Below, one piece after another: positions 47,791-56,615 of a stretch of 64,000 nt of DNA; the first letter of the stretch is position 1; every line of letters starts with the position of its first letter. Location of the stretch: the NCBI GenBank assembly GCA_046297555.1, contig JBKBHW010000002.1, forward strand, positions 14,385 through 78,384. Direction: 5' to 3'. This stretch comes from Aquificaceae bacterium. Its GTDB lineage: Bacteria; Aquificota; Aquificia; Aquificales; Aquificaceae. Position numbers and translations under genes: made by a program. The notes beneath the pieces are model-generated. The model saw only the letters and a list, made by a program, of their open reading frames with translations. It was not told the DNA's origin and did no database searches.

Positions 47791-49152
47791 TTAGGACTTA
47801 AACAAGGGCATATTGGCGGTGGCAGAAGCCCTTGGCTTACCAGTGGAGGTCTTGCTGTAAGGCTCATAAAGGTCGTACTCTTTGAAGAACTCCATGAGCT
47901 CATCATACTTTCCAGCCTTTTCAAGCTCCGCTATGTATTTGACCGTGTCTTCCCACTCTTTCCTTAGCTCTCTCCAGTTGGTAATACCCATCTTTTCAAG
48001 AAGAGGCTCGTAGTTGGAGCAGTTCCAGTAAAGCTGTACCACCTTGAAGGGATGAGCTCCACAAGCCAACGCGGCAAACATCACATCAGACATGACGGCA
48101 ACGGGATGGTACATGCCGTGAGCCTTTCCTATCCACTGGTTCTTTTCAAAGGTGGTGGTACAACCAGTATCGTGGGTTACTATAAGGTCTGCCTTTACTT
48201 CCTCCGCTATAACCTTTAGTTTTCTTTGTATGGCAAAGGACCTTGTAAACTCTCTCTCCGTTAGTATGTGCCTAAAGCCAAAGCCGCAGCAATCGTACCA
48301 AGTGGAGTAATCCACTATCTGGGCTCCAAGGGCCTTTACTACGGCGGCGGAGGCAGCAGGTCTTTGACCGTTGTAAACCTCTGGGTCATAAGGATAGTCA
48401 TCGGCTATCATCTTGTAGGTGTGGCAAGCGTTGTGGATTGCCACCCTTACATTAGATACATCTATTCCCTTTGCCTTACCCTCCTTTTGATAAAGCTCGG
48501 CAATCTTGTGCCTCATAGCATGGACCCATTCGGAATAGTGGACTATCTCTTGGGGTATTACTATCCTTCCGTCCTCTGTAAGTCTTCCAAGCTTTTTGAG
48601 AATGGGCTTTACCGCATCCCTGAGTTCTTTGTTCATTATAAGCTGCTCTCTGGTTTCCTTGTAGGACCCAAAGGAGGTTCCGCAGTGTATCAGAGGATAA
48701 TAGCCCGTCTTCCAAGCTTGGTGCATGTTTCTGAGCCAGACTGCCGCAAGGGCCACTGGGTTAGAGGTGCCAGAGCCGTGATAGTTCCATGCAGTACAGG
48801 AAGTTTGGTGTGGCTCGTTTAGATAGTCAAGCCCAAACTTGTTCATAAACCAGAAAACAGAAGCTGGATATCCCGGTATATTTCCACACTGGCCGCAAGA
48901 CTTGTGATGCCACAGCTTGTTGGTGGGGATGGTCTTTATCCTTCCAGTCCTTGTGTAGACCTCCACAGGCTGGTTCTCTTCGGTGATCCTATATATGAGA
49001 ATTTCACCCTTCGCCTCCAGCTCCTCCATCATCTCAAAGATATGGTCGTAGTGGGCGCTGTACTCTTTGAGAGGGAAGGGTGGCTCTTTGGGGTATCTTA
49101 AAAGGCCTCCGGGGCTGTTGTGCCCAAAGCCATGTCCGTGTGCCATGATCAT
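47791..49152 (-). CDS. sHdrB1
   Basis: HKSCGQCGNIPG, TSCTAW, HCGTS, HNACH, YDCCGFG, HDTGC. Confidence 0.9.
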   Translation of the reverse strand: MIMAHGHGFGHNSPGGLLRYPKEPPFPLKEYSAHYDHIFEMMEELEAKGEILIYRITEENQPVEVYTRTGRIKTIPTNKLWHHKSCGQCGNIPGYPASVFWFMNKFGLDYLNEPHQTSCTAWNYHGSGTSNPVALAAVWLRNMHQAWKTGYYPLIHCGTSFGSYKETREQLIMNKELRDAVKPILKKLGRLTEDGRIVIPQEIVHYSEWVHAMRHKIAELYQKEGKAKGIDVSNVRVAIHNACHTYKMIADDYPYDPEVYNGQRPAASAAVVKALGAQIVDYSTWYDCCGFGFRHILTEREFTRSFAIQRKLKVIAEEVKADLIVTHDTGCTTTFEKNQWIGKAHGMYHPVAVMSDVMFAALACGAHPFKVVQLYWNCSNYEPLLEKMGITNWRELRKEWEDTVKYIAELEKAGKYDELMEFFKEYDLYEPYSKTSTGKPRASATANMPLFKS

Positions 49153-49195
49153 ACCTCCTTAAAAGTTTTTTTGGGCTTCAAACCCTTTTTTAAGC

Positions 49196-49924
49196 TTACT
49201 CCTCTTCTTCGTAGAGCTCCTCATACCTTTCCTCGTTCTCTTCCACTATGTCCATTATGACGTTGTAAAGGTTGGGGTCAAGCTTTTCAAGCATTTCAAA
49301 GATTCCCGTTTCTCTCCATATGGTGTACATTTCTATGGCCGTTTCCAAAGAAACTTCCCAAGCGGTTTTTACAGATTTTCCTACATCAAAGGGGATGGCA
49401 AGCCTTTTTGCCCTTAGGTTTTCCATGTTGTCTGCCATCTTGGGTCCCCAGTCTGGGAAGAAGTCGGGCTGTAGCATGTCTGCAGAAAGCTGGTTTCCTG
49501 TAGTCATAACCTTTAGAAGGACTCTTCCGTAAGGCTTAAGAAGGTCTTTGGTGGCTTCAAAGGCGTTTCTGACAGCCACCTCCCTCATTATTGCCACGAG
49601 ACCGCCGGGATTGTTTACAAAGGGGCATCTTATCCAACAGGTAAAGCACTGGGAACATGCCCATATGTACTCATGCATCATATCATAGAGAACTTCCACA
49701 TCTTCTTCCAAGAACCTTTGGACTATCTCTCTTGGAGAGTAATCAAAGAACCTGTTAGAAGGACAGGAGGCGGTGCATACACCGCAGTTAAGACAGCCAA
49801 AGATGTATTCTTTAAAGCGGAAGTCCGATTTTACTTCTTCTACCACGCGCACTTTTTCTTCCCAAGGCACAGCCTTGGTCTTCTCCGATATGGGCAGGTT
49901 GTATCCGTAAGGATGTCCTTCCAT
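49196..49924 (-). CDS. sHdrC1
   Basis: CLNCGVCTASCP and CSQCFTCWIRCP. Confidence 0.9.
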   Translation of the reverse strand: MEGHPYGYNLPISEKTKAVPWEEKVRVVEEVKSDFRFKEYIFGCLNCGVCTASCPSNRFFDYSPREIVQRFLEEDVEVLYDMMHEYIWACSQCFTCWIRCPFVNNPGGLVAIMREVAVRNAFEATKDLLKPYGRVLLKVMTTGNQLSADMLQPDFFPDWGPKMADNMENLRAKRLAIPFDVGKSVKTAWEVSLETAIEMYTIWRETGIFEMLEKLDPNLYNVIMDIVEENEERYEELYEEEE

Positions 49925-49982
49925 GGTTAAACCTCCTATAGCTTTATTTCCATAAAGTTATTACCTAGGTGATTATAGTCAA

Positions 49983-49997
49983 ATAAATTTTGCTTAT
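49983..49997. promoter_or_regulatory. Candidate LysR-type (T-N11-A) operator upstream of sHdrC1
   Basis: ATAAA-TTTTG-CTTAT, next to a minus-strand TATAAT; resembles the box before tusA. Confidence 0.35.
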
Positions 49998-50041
49998 ATG
50001 AATTTAAGTATATGCTTATAAACCTAAAGACAAAAAAAGGG

Positions 50042-50458
50042 TTAAAGGGTAATAACTGCATACTCGCCGCTCATAAGCTTATCAAGGAAGGCAGCACCAC
50101 CTATTATGCCATCGCAGAGCTCGGGGTTCACATCTTCCTTCTTGTATATCTCTGTAAGGTCAAGGGATGGCACGCAAAGGTATATCTTAACCCCGGCCTC
50201 CTTCGCCATCTTTATAAAGTCGTAAACTGTTTGTTCTACGCCGGGCCTCACCTTTACCTTCTTTGCATTGTCCCTCATAAGGAGGAAGCCTGCCTCTGAG
50301 GTTATAACCATCTCCACCTCATAGTCCATGGTGGTAGCAGCCGTTGCCAAGAAGAAGGGGGCTCCCGCCTGTGGGTTTATAAGCTCCCCCGTGGTAGGCT
50401 CCGCCCTTTCAAAGAATGGCACCGTTAGGATGTAAAAGAGTACCTTTTCATAAGCCAT
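50042..50458 (-). CDS. DsrE-family protein (DsrE3-like)
   Basis: QAGAPFFLA, AKEAGVKIYLC; directly upstream of sHdrC1. Confidence 0.82.
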   Translation of the reverse strand: MAYEKVLFYILTVPFFERAEPTTGELINPQAGAPFFLATAATTMDYEVEMVITSEAGFLLMRDNAKKVKVRPGVEQTVYDFIKMAKEAGVKIYLCVPSLDLTEIYKKEDVNPELCDGIIGGAAFLDKLMSGEYAVITL

Positions 50459-50469
50459 CTCTATCCTCC

Positions 50470-51003
50470 TTAAACGAATATTATCATAGGCTTATCCGCT
50501 TCAATTACATAGTTTATAAAGGTTGCAGCGCCTGCGGGCGGCTCAAGACCATCTATTAGGTCCTCATACTTATAGCCAAAAAGCTCCATAGTCATCTGGC
50601 ATGGGATAAGCTTTACATCTGCCTCTTTGCAAGCTTCTATGAGCTCTGGTATGCTTGCCACACCATGCTCCTTTATGGTCTTCTTCATCATAAAGCTCAT
50701 AAGGTCTGTCATACCGGGGATTATACCCATTATCTGAGGAGGGCCGGGAAATATGGAAGATATGGCGTTGGTCGCAGGATTCTGCATAGAGGGTGGAAAA
50801 GCCATGGGCATGGCGGGGTTTCCTATGGGTGCTATCTTAAGTTCATGCATCTTCTTTTTGTGTATTATGTTTAGACCATAAAAAGTGAAGAATATAGCCG
50901 TTTCTATGCCAAGGGAAGCAGCAGTGGAGGCAAGTATAAGGGGTGGATAGGCCATATCAAGGGTTCCCTTGGTGGCTATTATGGCAAGTCTTTCGGTAGC
51001 CAT
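50470..51003 (-). CDS. DsrE2/DrsE-like (DsrE/DsrF/DrsH) family protein
   Basis: KGTLDMAYPPLILA, IFFTFYGL, KLIPCQMTM, GAATF. Confidence 0.88.
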   Translation of the reverse strand: MATERLAIIATKGTLDMAYPPLILASTAASLGIETAIFFTFYGLNIIHKKKMHELKIAPIGNPAMPMAFPPSMQNPATNAISSIFPGPPQIMGIIPGMTDLMSFMMKKTIKEHGVASIPELIEACKEADVKLIPCQMTMELFGYKYEDLIDGLEPPAGAATFINYVIEADKPMIIFV

Positions 51004-51016
51004 CTTTTATCCCTCC

Positions 51017-51253
51017 CTATTTTTTCCTAAGGTAAAAGATTATCTTTCCCCCTTCTTCTACCACCTCAAGAAGTTGATGACCCGTCCTGTTGCAAAAAGC
51101 CGGTATGTCTGCTTTGGCGCCGGGGTCGGTAGTTATAACCTCTAAAACCTGACCTGATTGAAGCTCCTCAATAGCCTTTTTTGTTTTTAAGACAGGAAGG
51201 GGACAGTTAAGCCCAGAGGCATCCAAGGTTTTGTCTGGTGTAATGGTTGCCAT
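51017..51253 (-). CDS. tusA: Sulfur carrier TusA
   Basis: LDASGLNCPLPVLK (CPxP), DPGAKADIPAFC; AGGAGG RBS before ATG 51253. Confidence 0.95.
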   Translation of the reverse strand: MATITPDKTLDASGLNCPLPVLKTKKAIEELQSGQVLEVITTDPGAKADIPAFCNRTGHQLLEVVEEGGKIIFYLRKK

Positions 51254-51333
51254 TTTAATCACCTCCTAAGTAAGGTTATTCTTTTATTATAGTTCTTAGA
51301 GTTTAGATTGTCTTAAAAATATGTGATAAAGAT

Positions 51334-51348
51334 ATAAGCTGTCCTTAT
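51334..51348. promoter_or_regulatory. Candidate LysR-type operator upstream of tusA
   Basis: Palindrome ATAAG-CTGTC-CTTAT (T-N11-A), upstream of a minus-strand TATAAT. Confidence 0.4.
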
Positions 51349-51369
51349 AAATGCTTATATAATCCTTAA

Positions 51370-51674
51370 TACACGCCAGGTGAGAAATTACACCTTTGTA
51401 AAAAATAAACCTCTTGCGTGATAACATAAAGGCTCTTTTTCTTAAGGTAGCACAAGCATCCCTGCCTGTGAAAGAAAAAAGATTTAATCAAAAGACGCGG
51501 GCAAGGATGCCCGCGCTACCTCTATGGTTGCTCAAAACAAAGAGATAGAGCTTTGCCCACCCCTACCTATCTTATAGAACAAAAACTAATCATGCAAGAA
51601 GTTTAATAGTCAAAGATCGCAAGCGAGGATGCCCGCGCCCTATTCTCCATTAAAGAAAAAGAGAATTTCTCACC
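51370..51674. mobile_element. MITE-like copy (reverse orientation) with REP doublet
   Basis: Terminus 51370-51389, reversed AAAGAGCC module 51411-51440, type-B REP 51447-51470, inverted type-A 51496-51519, decayed A at 51618-51642, inverted partial terminus AATTTCTCACC 51664-51674 touching the DUF202 stop. Confidence 0.75.
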
Positions 51675-52327
51675 TATATAATCCTTAATACATAAAAGGT
51701 AAGCACCAAACAGGCAAGGAATATGATAAGTCCATAAACTTTGTAGTACCAAAGGCTTGTCCTATAAAAGCCCCTGTCCACCTGCCTCACCGTCCTGAAA
51801 AAGTTTATGGCACCCAGTATGAAGGTTATTATTCCTATGGCTATGATAAAGAGCCCTATTTTTGCCAAGTTATGGTGCTCCGCACTAAGGTGCATGTTAA
51901 AGACCTTTTCCAGCTGTACTATAAAAAACTCAAACCTTTCAATGACAAAGCCAAAGATAATTAGGGCTATGGCTGTTCTAATCCACGCAAGGAAGGTCCT
52001 TTCTGCAGCCATGTAGATCCTTGGGTCTATAACCTCTTTGGGTTCCACCATTATACCTCCATCTATATAAAGTATATTCTTGTAAAAGTTTATAGATGCT
52101 ATAAGAATAAAAAGAACACCAAATATGGCTAAGATTATTGAAGTGGCTTGCAAAAGGACGGATGTGTGTATCTTTTGGACTGCTTGAGCTATGATTTCAA
52201 GCTTTTCTAAAAAGACGGCAAAGGAGAGGGCGTAGAGAGAGAGTCTGATAGACCCTAAGTAGCTCCTCTCCAACGACATGTATATACGAGCATCCCTCGC
52301 AGAGGGTAGACTTTTTGCCAGCAGCAT
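51674..52327 (-). CDS. Tandem-domain DUF202 (YidH-like) membrane protein
   Basis: Two copies of the DUF202 signature: ERSYLGSIRLSL and ERTFLAWIRTAIAL. Confidence 0.82.
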   Translation of the reverse strand: MLLAKSLPSARDARIYMSLERSYLGSIRLSLYALSFAVFLEKLEIIAQAVQKIHTSVLLQATSIILAIFGVLFILIASINFYKNILYIDGGIMVEPKEVIDPRIYMAAERTFLAWIRTAIALIIFGFVIERFEFFIVQLEKVFNMHLSAEHHNLAKIGLFIIAIGIITFILGAINFFRTVRQVDRGFYRTSLWYYKVYGLIIFLACLVLTFYVLRII

Positions 52328-52328
52328 G

Positions 52329-52622
52329 TCAGTGGCTTAGCCAAAGAACGTCGGATAGGATGCAGATGCCACCTGCCCTTTTCAAGATGGGCCCAACATC
52401 CTGCACTATCTTATCAGCCACCTCTTTTGTGCAAACGGTAAATATGTAGCTGTTTTTGAATACGTCAGTTAGCTCATCCCCAGCCATTATACCCCTTTCA
52501 CCCTTGCCAAGGGCGTCCTTTATGACTGTGTAGCCCGATACCCCAGCTTTTTCAAGAACTTCAAGTACCCTATTTAAAAACACACTGTCTACTACTATCT
52601 CTACCTTTTTCATTGCCTCCAT
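52329..52622 (-). CDS. sbtB: PII-like carbon regulator SbtB
   Basis: KKVEIVV, LEKAGVSGYTVI, GKGERG; 4 nt downstream of sbtA. Confidence 0.85.
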   Translation of the reverse strand: MEAMKKVEIVVDSVFLNRVLEVLEKAGVSGYTVIKDALGKGERGIMAGDELTDVFKNSYIFTVCTKEVADKIVQDVGPILKRAGGICILSDVLWLSH

Positions 52623-52626
52623 GTTA

Positions 52627-53598
52627 TCACCCCCATAGGGAATTTACTATGTAGTAATACAAAGGTATGCCCACTGCTATATTAAAGGGAAAGGTTATTG
52701 CCAATGCCATGGTTACATAAAGGCTTGGGTTTGCTTCCGGCACAGAAAGCCTCATGGCGGCGGGCACTGCTATGTAAGAGGCGCTGGCGCATAGCACAGA
52801 AAACATAAAGGCATCCCCCTTTTGCAATCCAAAGAACTTTGCAAGAGCAATGCCTACCACTGCGTTGAAGATAGGAATCAATACACCAAAGGCTACAAGG
52901 AATATACCCACCCTTTTTATCTCTCCTAACCTTCTTCCTGCCACCAAGCCCATATCCAAAAGGAAGAAGGCAAGCATACCTTTAAAGAGGTTTCCAAACA
53001 CAGGCTCTACAGCCTTCCATCCCTTTTCCCCCGTCAAAAAGCCTATTAGGAGAGTGCCCATCAATATGTAAACAGAAGGATTTAAGAAAGCCTCTCTAAA
53101 TACCTCTCCCCAGTTCATCTGGGAGTTGTTTCCTCTTTTGGCAAAGAGGGCCGGAAGGATCAGTCCTACTACTATGGCTGGTGATTCCATAAGGGTCATG
53201 GCGGCCACCATGTATCCGCTGTAATTCTCTCCAAGAGTGTTAAGGAAAGCTGCTGCTGTTATAAAGGTAACGGCGCTGATGGATCCATAAGTAGCTGCTA
53301 TGGCCACCGCATTGTAAACATCAAGCTTTAGTCTAAGTATAAAGAAGGTGTATATTGGCACAGCCACCGCCATAAACATCGCCAAAAGTAGCACTTTAAG
53401 AACTTCAAAGGTTATACCACTTTTTGAGAGCTCATAACCTCCGTGAAGGCCTATGGCTATAAGAAGGTAGAGGGAAAAGAGCTTAGGTAAAGGTTGTGGA
53501 ATTTCAAGGTCTGTTTTAAAAAGCACCGCTCCAAGGCCCAGTAGGAACATAAGCACCGGCGGATTAAGTATGTTTTGCAAAAGAAGGTCAATGCCCAT
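52627..53598 (-). CDS. sbtA: Sodium-dependent bicarbonate transporter family (SbtA/DUF897)
   Basis: LSLYLL..IGLHGG equivalent, AATYGSISAVTF, LMESPAI, FFLLDMG, ASASYIAVPAAMR, ITFPFNIAVGIPLY. ATG 53598. Confidence 0.92.
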   Translation of the reverse strand: MGIDLLLQNILNPPVLMFLLGLGAVLFKTDLEIPQPLPKLFSLYLLIAIGLHGGYELSKSGITFEVLKVLLLAMFMAVAVPIYTFFILRLKLDVYNAVAIAATYGSISAVTFITAAAFLNTLGENYSGYMVAAMTLMESPAIVVGLILPALFAKRGNNSQMNWGEVFREAFLNPSVYILMGTLLIGFLTGEKGWKAVEPVFGNLFKGMLAFFLLDMGLVAGRRLGEIKRVGIFLVAFGVLIPIFNAVVGIALAKFFGLQKGDAFMFSVLCASASYIAVPAAMRLSVPEANPSLYVTMALAITFPFNIAVGIPLYYYIVNSLWG

Positions 53599-54487
53599 CT
53601 TCACCTCCTTCAATGAATACTAAAAAGGAGGGTCCTTTGTAGTCTGGTACTTCTATGGGGCTATCTATGTGGCCAAAGGAGTAGTTTATGGCCACGGGTA
53701 AGGGATAGTTTTTCAACCTTACTATTCCCTTTGCCCTTATTACTTTTTCCGGAAGCTTTCTTAATCTTTCTTCGAGCTCCATGTAATCTACAGGTTCTAT
53801 AAGGTTTACTATACTTTGCCTGTGGTGGTGCTGGTGGTGGTGGGGAACCTCCTTAAGCTGAGGAAGGGAATATACACCATCAAAGACCTCCTTTGGTAAT
53901 TTCCCGTGAGAAGTTTCATAGAGCCTTACCTTGCTGTAAAGAGGTTCATTGGTAAAGTAGTTGATGGGCCTGTAGGCATGCCATATCTCCATAACCTCCT
54001 TCCTTATCCCTTCCAACCTGTTTTTGTCATCCAAAAGGTCTATTTTGTTGAGCACCAGTATGTTGGAGCCACCTATCTGGTACTTGGCCGTGCTGTCTTC
54101 TTTGTATCTTTCAAAGTTGGCAGCGTCTATAACACACAGGACACCTTCCACGGTACATCCTAAGGCTTGCAGGCTTATTAAAACGGGAAAGGGCACCGCA
54201 CCCCCAGAGGTCTCCACAAGAAGCAGCTTTGGATTGTACTTTTCCTTTATCTCTTCCAGAGCCTTCTCAAACTCCGAATGTAAAGAACAACATATGCAGC
54301 CCTCGGGAAGCTCCAACACCTCTGAGTAGGCGTTTTTCAAAATCTTGCCGTCTACCCCTACCTCTCCAAGCTCGTTTACTATAACCGCCACTTTTTTTTC
54401 TCTGAAGTATTCCCTTGCAGAGTTTATCAGAAAGGTAGTCTTACCGCTTCCCAAAAAGCCTGTTATAACGAAGGCGGGCAGCATCAC
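53588..54487 (-). CDS. CobW/COG0523 (G3E) metallochaperone GTPase
   Basis: ITGFLGSGKTT, VNELGEVGVDG, GCICC, VETSG, LNKID, His-rich HHHQHHH, RAKG C-terminal domain. Confidence 0.92.
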   Translation of the reverse strand: MMLPAFVITGFLGSGKTTFLINSAREYFREKKVAVIVNELGEVGVDGKILKNAYSEVLELPEGCICCSLHSEFEKALEEIKEKYNPKLLLVETSGGAVPFPVLISLQALGCTVEGVLCVIDAANFERYKEDSTAKYQIGGSNILVLNKIDLLDDKNRLEGIRKEVMEIWHAYRPINYFTNEPLYSKVRLYETSHGKLPKEVFDGVYSLPQLKEVPHHHQHHHRQSIVNLIEPVDYMELEERLRKLPEKVIRAKGIVRLKNYPLPVAINYSFGHIDSPIEVPDYKGPSFLVFIEGGEDGH

Positions 54488-54783
54488 TCCCCGCCGTACT
54501 CTACCGAGTCAATCTCCTCCATGAACCGCTGTATTTGAAAGGCTACAAAGTTGGCAAGGTCCTTCACATCCTTTTCCCAGTATTCAGGGTCTATGTCTAT
54601 CTCCTTCTCGTACACATCGTGCCCTTCCACTATGTACTTTACCTTTACGTAGGGGTAGCTCTTTACCTCACAGCCTTCTTCCATCTCCTCTGGAAAGCAT
54701 AGCTCCAAGTCCAGGTCGGGATTTGCCATGTTTTTAAAAACTTCCTCTTTTAAAACCTCAAACTTCCTTTCTATATTCTCCAT
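54484..54783 (-). CDS. Small acidic protein following the oxidoreductase epsilon subunit (ForF position)
   Basis: About 99 aa, acidic, 11 nt after the ferredoxin-like subunit; position matches forF in the Hydrogenobacter forDABGEF operon. Confidence 0.6.
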   Translation of the reverse strand: MENIERKFEVLKEEVFKNMANPDLDLELCFPEEMEEGCEVKSYPYVKVKYIVEGHDVYEKEIDIDPEYWEKDVKDLANFVAFQIQRFMEEIDSVEYGGE

Positions 54784-54794
54784 AGCTTTCCCCC

Positions 54795-55019
54795 TTAATC
54801 GGAAGCGGTTACCATAACCATTTCTATACAGTGTCTTTTTAAAAGGTCGGAGCAAACGTAAACGCATATGGCACAGCCCTTACACCTTGAATAGTTCACC
54901 CATGCCACATGCTTGGAGTTATGGTACATTAGAGTGTTTGGCTCTGGGCAGAAAAGGACGCACTGCTTACAGTTATATTTGGCACAATCCTGCTCCTTTA
55001 CATCCGCCACATAGTACAT
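54795..55019 (-). CDS. forE: Ferredoxin-like epsilon subunit of the five-subunit 2-oxoacid:ferredoxin oxidoreductase
   Basis: CAKYNCKQCVLFCP and CKGCAICVYVC. Confidence 0.75.
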   Translation of the reverse strand: MYYVADVKEQDCAKYNCKQCVLFCPEPNTLMYHNSKHVAWVNYSRCKGCAICVYVCSDLLKRHCIEMVMVTASD

Positions 55020-55046
55020 GCCTGCCTTGCCTCCTTATAACCTATT

Positions 55047-55730
55047 TTAGCCTGTTAGGGCCTCTTCTTCAATCCATCCCCTTTCCTCCGCTATTTTAAA
55101 GGCTTCTCTGATGACTTGCATGTTCTTCTCAAGGAGTTCCATCTTTTTCTTAAACTTCTTTTCTATGGCGCTGTCAAGGGATGCGGTGCCACCGGAAGCC
55201 ACAAAGGTATTGCCCAAAAACCTCTCTCTTACCGCCTGCTCTATGTGTTCAAAGCCTACGAGCCTTGTTATACCAAAGAAAAGACCTAACATAGCCATGT
55301 TGGTGGCAAGCTCCGTCCCAGCTATCTCAAGGGCTATTTTTGTAGCTGGAAACATGTAAACCTTAGTATCAAGCTCCCTTAATATAGCCCAATCCTCTGG
55401 AGGTATTATATCCACATCCGTGTTGATGATAACCAGCCCCTTTTCCTTCAATCCAGAGTAAAAAGGCATGGTATAGGATTTTCCATGGGTTATGACTTGT
55501 GGGTGGTATATCATTATTACATTGGGATAGACCACCTCTCCCACTTCGTATATGGGCTGGTCTGATGCCCTAACATAGGCTTCCACTGGAGCCATTCTCT
55601 TTTCCGAACCAAAGAAGGGAACTAAGGTAGCATACTTGCCAGCCGCAGACATGGCATTGCCAAGGATGTGGGCGGAGGTGACCACCCCCTGCCCACCAAC
55701 ACCCGCTATCCTTATGTTATACCTTTTCAT
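55047..55730 (-). CDS. forG: 2-oxoacid:ferredoxin oxidoreductase gamma subunit
   Basis: RIAGVGGQGVVT, PFFGSEKRMAPV, NMAMLG. Confidence 0.82.
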   Translation of the reverse strand: MKRYNIRIAGVGGQGVVTSAHILGNAMSAAGKYATLVPFFGSEKRMAPVEAYVRASDQPIYEVGEVVYPNVIMIYHPQVITHGKSYTMPFYSGLKEKGLVIINTDVDIIPPEDWAILRELDTKVYMFPATKIALEIAGTELATNMAMLGLFFGITRLVGFEHIEQAVRERFLGNTFVASGGTASLDSAIEKKFKKKMELLEKNMQVIREAFKIAEERGWIEEEALTG

Positions 55731-56593
55731 GCCTTTACCTCCTCCTTTTGCTTTTCTATTTCTTCAAAGAACTCTTTTACCTCATCCGTCATCCACTCAT
55801 AAAAACCAAAGTCTTGCTTTTCTCTCTTTCTGGCGTCTTCAAGCACTTTTTCTGTGGGTATGGAGTATTCTATGTTGCAAGAGGTGTAGGCGTGAATGAA
55901 GGTAGGTCCAAAGTGCCTTGCGGCAAGTATAGCCCTTTTTACGGTTTTTGCAATTCTCTTTGGATTGGTGGGGGCAAGCTTTGCCACATAAACACAGCCA
56001 GCGGTTTTTGCAAGCTCCACTGCGTTTATCTTGTCAAACTGTTTGCCCTTTGGAGCCATCTTAAGCTGAACACCCTTTGGGGACATGCCGCTTTCTTGAC
56101 CGCCCGTGTTTCCATAAACCTCGTTGTCCACCATTATGGTGGTAAACTTTTCCCTTCTAAACCAAGAGTGCATAGTCATACCAAAGCCTATGTCTATTAG
56201 TCCACCATCGCCAGCTATAACAACCACATCTTTAATCTTGTCTGGGAACCTTATGCTAAGGGCTCTTTTTAGGCCAGAGGCTACTGCGTTGGTATCTCCA
56301 TAGTTTCCGTATATAAAGGGCACAGCTGCCTGAGAAAGGGAAAGCCTTGCACATCCAGCCGTGCCTATAACTATAGTATCCTCTGGATTGGGAAGGGCGG
56401 CATAAAACACCCTTATAAAGTATGCCATAAAGCATCCTGCACACATGGGGTGTTCTTCCACAAGCTCCTTGAACTGGCCAAGCTGCTGCACATCTACCTG
56501 CCTGCCAAACTGCCCATATTGGACCAAATCTACATAGTCCTTGGGCATGTATTTCTCAAAGCCCGGCGAAATCCTTATGTACTCCAAGCCCAT
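55727..56593 (-). CDS. forB: 2-oxoacid:ferredoxin oxidoreductase beta (TPP-binding) subunit
   Basis: MCAGC, TAGC, AGDGG, DNEVYGNTGGQ, YTSC. Confidence 0.82.
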   Translation of the reverse strand: MGLEYIRISPGFEKYMPKDYVDLVQYGQFGRQVDVQQLGQFKELVEEHPMCAGCFMAYFIRVFYAALPNPEDTIVIGTAGCARLSLSQAAVPFIYGNYGDTNAVASGLKRALSIRFPDKIKDVVVIAGDGGLIDIGFGMTMHSWFRREKFTTIMVDNEVYGNTGGQESGMSPKGVQLKMAPKGKQFDKINAVELAKTAGCVYVAKLAPTNPKRIAKTVKRAILAARHFGPTFIHAYTSCNIEYSIPTEKVLEDARKREKQDFGFYEWMTDEVKEFFEEIEKQKEEVKA

Positions 56594-56615
56594 TTTTACA
56601 CCTCCTTAAAGTTTT

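Noticed and set aside
44217-49924. Methanogen-type or electron-bifurcating HdrABC-Mvh/Flx
   Set aside because: The short HdrA, duplicated C1B1/C2B2 and TusA/DsrE/LbpA context fit sHdr. No mvh or flx genes are present.
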